The translations under genes and the position numbers were made by a program. The notes under the pieces were generated by a model that had not been told where the DNA came from, searched no databases, and saw only the letters and a program-made list of their open reading frames with translations. This document shows, piece by piece, positions 28,900 to 32,102 of a DNA stretch of 32,102 bases (the first letter of the stretch is position 1; every line of letters starts with the position of its first letter). Origin of the DNA: a virus. Lineage: Duplodnaviria > Caudoviricetes. The DNA lies in IMG/VR virus record IMGVR_UViG_3300017761_007235, positions 1 to 32,102 of that record; one strand, written 5' to 3'.

Positions 28900-29214
28900 A
28901 TGACCTTCAAAGAGTTTTTTGATAATAAAATAGGACCAAGACATTTAAAAAACGATGGTTTGCTGAATACATCTGTGCCACATAAGCCTATAGCAGATAT
29001 GCACAAGGTTAAAAAAGCTGATGGCACTGAAGAGATTAAGAATAACAATAAAAACAGTGTTCTTTTGAATAACTTGGAAAAGATAAAAGAGCTTAAAAGA
29101 AAACACCCATACATAACCAATCTCAAGCCTGGTGAATACAAGAAACTCATAGGCACAAGCATATCAGTTGGGTTGAATCCAAAAGGAGGTTACATATTAT
29201 ACCAAAATGACTAA
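28900..29214 (+). CDS. Small basic protein, candidate internal head protein
   Basis: N-terminus MTFKEFF resembles the T4 capsid-targeting sequence MKTYQEF; K-rich. Confidence 0.65.
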   Translation: MTFKEFFDNKIGPRHLKNDGLLNTSVPHKPIADMHKVKKADGTEEIKNNNKNSVLLNNLEKIKELKRKHPYITNLKPGEYKKLIGTSISVGLNPKGGYILYQND

Positions 29215-29944
29215 TGCTGATTGTACAAATTACTTCACTGGCAGCATTGAGATAAAGACATATCCTGGTGCTAATCAAAATATTAATGAATGCTTCTCTT
29301 TAGTTAATAAAGACAATAATGCTGGTGATATTCTGTTGCAGAACAATTACTGGCAAGAACAAATCAACCTATACGGACAAAAAGTCGGTTATATTGTTAA
29401 TAATTTTAGTTTACTTTCTGCTGACTATATTTACGGAGAGCAACCAACTCAGCAATATTCACCACCAGTTATAACAAAGATGTTAATTGATTTGAATGAA
29501 AATGCTCTAATGCTTTCTAAATATGGGCTACAATCAGATGATGAGGTAACAGCTTATATACATATTTCCTCGTTCTATCAAACGTTTGGCTATGGTGCTG
29601 AACCAAAATCAGGTGACTTATTCCAGTTAGTAGAGTATGGCAGCGATAGACCAGGAGGCAGAAATGGTAAGATATTTGAAATTACTGAACGATTGGATGA
29701 AGAAGTGGCAAGAATAAACCCTCTGGGTGGTCATTATGTGTGGTTATTAAAGGCCAAGCGTTTTGAATATTCTTTTGAACCTGGTCTGTCAGGAGAAGCA
29801 GTTAATCAGCAAGTATTTGATGATGCTAGGAACCCTGCAGTTTCAGGTGCAGATAAACCTTACAGCTTCAATATTACTGATACAAGTAAAACCATATTTG
29901 ACTATAGTAAGACTGATTATGGTGGTGTGTACGGTGGTTATTGA
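29207..29944 (+). CDS. gp14: Neck protein, T4 gp14-like
   Basis: EQINLYG, IYGE, LSKYGLQSDDEVT, EPKSGDLF, IFEITE, LGGHYVWLLKAKRFEYS. Confidence 0.85.
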   Translation: MTNADCTNYFTGSIEIKTYPGANQNINECFSLVNKDNNAGDILLQNNYWQEQINLYGQKVGYIVNNFSLLSADYIYGEQPTQQYSPPVITKMLIDLNENALMLSKYGLQSDDEVTAYIHISSFYQTFGYGAEPKSGDLFQLVEYGSDRPGGRNGKIFEITERLDEEVARINPLGGHYVWLLKAKRFEYSFEPGLSGEAVNQQVFDDARNPAVSGADKPYSFNITDTSKTIFDYSKTDYGGVYGGY

Positions 29945-30210
29945 TCTTCAAACTCATCAGGCACAATCAATTCCATAAGCTTTTCATTCCTGCAAAATGC
30001 AATAATTTTATCCATGTCTCGGCAATTATTGCAATCAACAATAACTCTCTCTCTACCATTGTATCCAAAAGCATATGCAATCATTTCACCATTCTTCTTT
30101 ATGCTAAGAATTGTATAATATCCATCTTTGAATTTAAATCTATAGGGTAAGCCTGAAGATCCAAGCCTGGTTTTGACTACTTGGAAATTGGTGCCAGCGG
30201 GGTATTGCAT
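29938..30210 (-). CDS. Hypothetical protein (90 aa)
   Basis: Last of four overlapping ORFs; fills gap up to gp14. Confidence 0.6.
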   Translation of the reverse strand: MQYPAGTNFQVVKTRLGSSGLPYRFKFKDGYYTILSIKKNGEMIAYAFGYNGRERVIVDCNNCRDMDKIIAFCRNEKLMELIVPDEFEDQ

Positions 30211-30494
30211 ATGTTGGAAACTGTGGGTGCAGTTACAAGATCTTGCTGTTTTTCATAAAGCTCAATTTCATCAACCATGGACTCGTGTCTTTCATCAATA
30301 TATTTCTGAAAGGCCAGAGGCTTAATCCAATCAATATTATTAGCTGTATCGATTTTCATCTGTTTGGCTTTATTGCACACAAGCTCAATAGCTTCTATGA
30401 GACAGATCCATCTGGAATAAACCTCAATAGGCAGAGTTTCAGTCTTGTCTTTTAGTTTAACTTCTATGGTTCTTTTTGATGTTGTTGATTGCAT
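30177..30494 (-). CDS. Hypothetical protein (105 aa)
   Basis: Overlapping ORF in operon; start uncertain. Confidence 0.65.
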   Translation of the reverse strand: MQSTTSKRTIEVKLKDKTETLPIEVYSRWICLIEAIELVCNKAKQMKIDTANNIDWIKPLAFQKYIDERHESMVDEIELYEKQQDLVTAPTVSNICNTPLAPISK

Positions 30495-30906
30495 ATCCTG
30501 TAATTATCATGAAAAGCTTGTTTGAGTCAAATGTATTCTTTGTTATTTTCAAAGTATTTAAAAAATTTTCAAAAATTAAAAAGCTTGTTTCTGTATTTTT
30601 AAGAATTAAATTCAAATTTTCAATTATAACTTCTTGTTTTTCTAAATCTAAATTACTTTCTCGAATCACAGTCTTAAAGTAATCATTAAATAAGAAAAAA
30701 AAGTTTTTAAGAAAACTGACACTGTCATTGCCAGCAATTTTAAAATAATTGTACCCCAGATCATAGTATCGCTTTAAGTCAGATGGCAGAGCACCTTCAA
30801 TACATTTAGAAAAGTAATCTACATTTAGCTTTTGCTGGGTTGCTGTCTCCAGAGAGGTAGCAGGCACTTGTACGGCTAGCTTATCTACTGTATCGTTATT
30901 GTGCAT
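30457..30906 (-). CDS. Hypothetical protein (149 aa)
   Basis: Overlapping ORF in operon, helical. Confidence 0.65.
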   Translation of the reverse strand: MHNNDTVDKLAVQVPATSLETATQQKLNVDYFSKCIEGALPSDLKRYYDLGYNYFKIAGNDSVSFLKNFFFLFNDYFKTVIRESNLDLEKQEVIIENLNLILKNTETSFLIFENFLNTLKITKNTFDSNKLFMIITGYAINNIKKNHRS

Positions 30907-31312
30907 CTGAAATAATACTGGGGTTAACAGTATCAGTATCTAATATTGGCTCAGTAGTAAGAGCTGTTGAAGGTGTAATGTACACACTAATAAGCTTCTG
31001 GCATTCCTTGCATTTATATTTGTTGCTTGTGTTTAATATAATGGGTACAAAATCTTTAATCTTGCGGCTACAAGGGCATTGTACTTCGATACCTTGCATT
31101 GTGAATTCTTTTATTCGCTCGTTTTCAAGTTTTTTATTCTGGAGAGCCACAGCAGCGTTAAATATTGTCTCGTATATATAGTTGAAGACGAACTGTATGG
31201 CGCCTCCTGTAATGGCACCGATGTAAAAGTTTAGGCCATTTGCTTTGAAGATGTAGCCTGTAGAGAAGCAGAGAATTAGCAGAGCCAGCGACTGAATAAC
31301 GAATCTAAACAT
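30896..31312 (-). CDS. Membrane protein with C-terminal Zn-ribbon-like motif
   Basis: Two N-terminal hydrophobic segments, short coiled coil, CPC...CKEC; ATG 31312 preferred to TTG 31315. Confidence 0.7.
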   Translation of the reverse strand: MFRFVIQSLALLILCFSTGYIFKANGLNFYIGAITGGAIQFVFNYIYETIFNAAVALQNKKLENERIKEFTMQGIEVQCPCSRKIKDFVPIILNTSNKYKCKECQKLISVYITPSTALTTEPILDTDTVNPSIISDAQ

Positions 31313-31318
31313 CAATAT

Positions 31319-31347
31319 ATGTTATATGGAAATTTGTATATTATCAA
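31319..31347 (-). promoter_or_regulatory. sigma70-type promoter
   Basis: TTGATA-N17-TAACAT, then 6 nt to ATG 31312. Confidence 0.5.
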
Positions 31348-31705
31348 CACATTTAGCGGCTTTTTGTATTAATTCTGCCGCAGCATGTAAGTCTTTGAGA
31401 GACTGCTCAATAAGAGCGTCATTGCTTTCTTTTCTAAGAAGAGGGCTATTCTTTAAAGATTCAACAATACTAAGAGAATTCTGCAGCCCCACTATACTAT
31501 TGCCCAAAGCTGATACAAGACTGCCAAGCGGGAAGGGTAGTGCATTTTGGTGTTTTCTAACAGTATCAGGTGATTGATTGTTGTCTTTACTGTTAAAAAT
31601 ATCATTTACCATGAGCTTTTGAGCGCTAAACTCTCTATCTGCTATACCCTTTACCCATTTATTATAGTTCATAACACTACCTTCTTCAGAAACAAGCTTT
31701 TTCAC
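31322..31705 (-). CDS. Hypothetical late protein (127 aa, GTG start)
   Basis: TAAATA-N5-GTG; N-terminus MKKLVSEE. Confidence 0.65.
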   Translation of the reverse strand: MKKLVSEEGSVMNYNKWVKGIADREFSAQKLMVNDIFNSKDNNQSPDTVRKHQNALPFPLGSLVSALGNSIVGLQNSLSIVESLKNSPLLRKESNDALIEQSLKDLHAAAELIQKAAKCVDNIQISI

Positions 31706-31710
31706 AAAAT

Positions 31711-31732
31711 TATTTAATCTTTTTGATAAATA
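31711..31732. promoter_or_regulatory. Back-to-back late TAAATA boxes
   Basis: - box 31711-31716 (5 nt to GTG 31705); + box 31727-31732 (5 nt to ATG 31738). Confidence 0.65.
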
Positions 31733-31737
31733 ATTGT

Positions 31738-32102
31738 ATGGATCTATTCAGAAAAGCCTTTGTGTCGTTATTGGAACAAGATGAAAATAAAGCAGAAGCA
31801 CCTGCTCCAGCGACTGATAAAGAAGCCATGGCTGCTAAACTTGATTCTGCAAAGCCTGAAGATTTTAATGTAAATGCACCAGCAATTACTGATACACAGA
31901 AAATTAAATTAGAGCAAATTTCTGAGTTAAAGGAATGGATATTAAAAATAGATGAATTTATTGAATATTTGAATGGTACAAATGGTGGGTCAATTCAAAT
32001 GAAGCTGCATGCTGCTACATGTGAGTCATTGTTTGAAGATATAGCCAGAAGTGAAAAGAAAAAAATAGCTAGACTTGCTGCTGAGTTAAGCTCACTATCA
32101 GA
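31738..32102 (+). CDS. Hypothetical late protein, truncated by window end; missing from ORF track
   Basis: MDLFRKAFVSLLEQDENKAEAPAPATDKEAM..., open to end of window; late box upstream. Confidence 0.75.
   Translation, partial: MDLFRKAFVSLLEQDENKAEAPAPATDKEAMAAKLDSAKPEDFNVNAPAITDTQKIKLEQISELKEWILKIDEFIEYLNGTNGGSIQMKLHAATCESLFEDIARSEKKKIARLAAELSSLS

Noticed and set aside
29184-29190. AGGAGGT upstream of gp14 as a Shine-Dalgarno
   Set aside because: 16 nt from the ATG and encodes K-G-G of the upstream ORF; overlap coupling is simpler, although a role cannot be excluded.
30177-30906. Three consecutive ORFs all starting ATGCA
   Set aside because: Small sample, uncertain starts and no shared upstream motif; plausibly chance.
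1-32102. Stop-codon reassignment, tRNAs, or a bacterial tailocin/eCIS locus
   Set aside because: Core genes are intact in the standard code at high density; no cloverleaf was spotted in the short gaps; terminase, neck and clamp loader indicate a true phage.

Overview
AT-rich, almost fully coding segment of a large T4-like contractile-tailed phage: the tail, baseplate and DNA-packaging morphogenesis region. In transcription order on the minus strand: terminase large subunit (gp17), gp3-like tail terminator, tail sheath (gp18), tail tube (gp19), gp54-like protein, two gp26-like paralogues, tape-measure-like protein, gp48-like, gp53-like and gp27-like hub proteins, and two orphans. Further along are gp25, gp6, a 1735-aa gp7-position protein (PKD + beta-propeller + two long Pro/Thr stalks + Kelch-like propeller), a coiled-coil partner, a 105-aa ORF and a >573-aa ORF running off the left edge. 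Interspersed are a dUTPase-clamp loader operon, a probable small terminase, neck protein gp14, several probable internal head proteins and a four-gene operon of small unknowns. The main pattern read from the sequence is that every gene either starts a few nt after a promoter-like -10 box or overlaps the preceding gene. The box is the T4 late-type TAAATA (5-7 nt upstream in 18 cases, plus four variant or offset cases) or, for two operons, a sigma70-type promoter. No correctly spaced Shine-Dalgarno was found, suggesting leaderless plus coupled translation. Other highlights: an apparent adhesin cassette splitting a baseplate gene, a nested in-frame isoform with its own promoter, a shared capsid-targeting-like N-terminal motif, and a duplicated tail-chaperone pair. 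All protein calls come from motif recognition and synteny; no searches were run.
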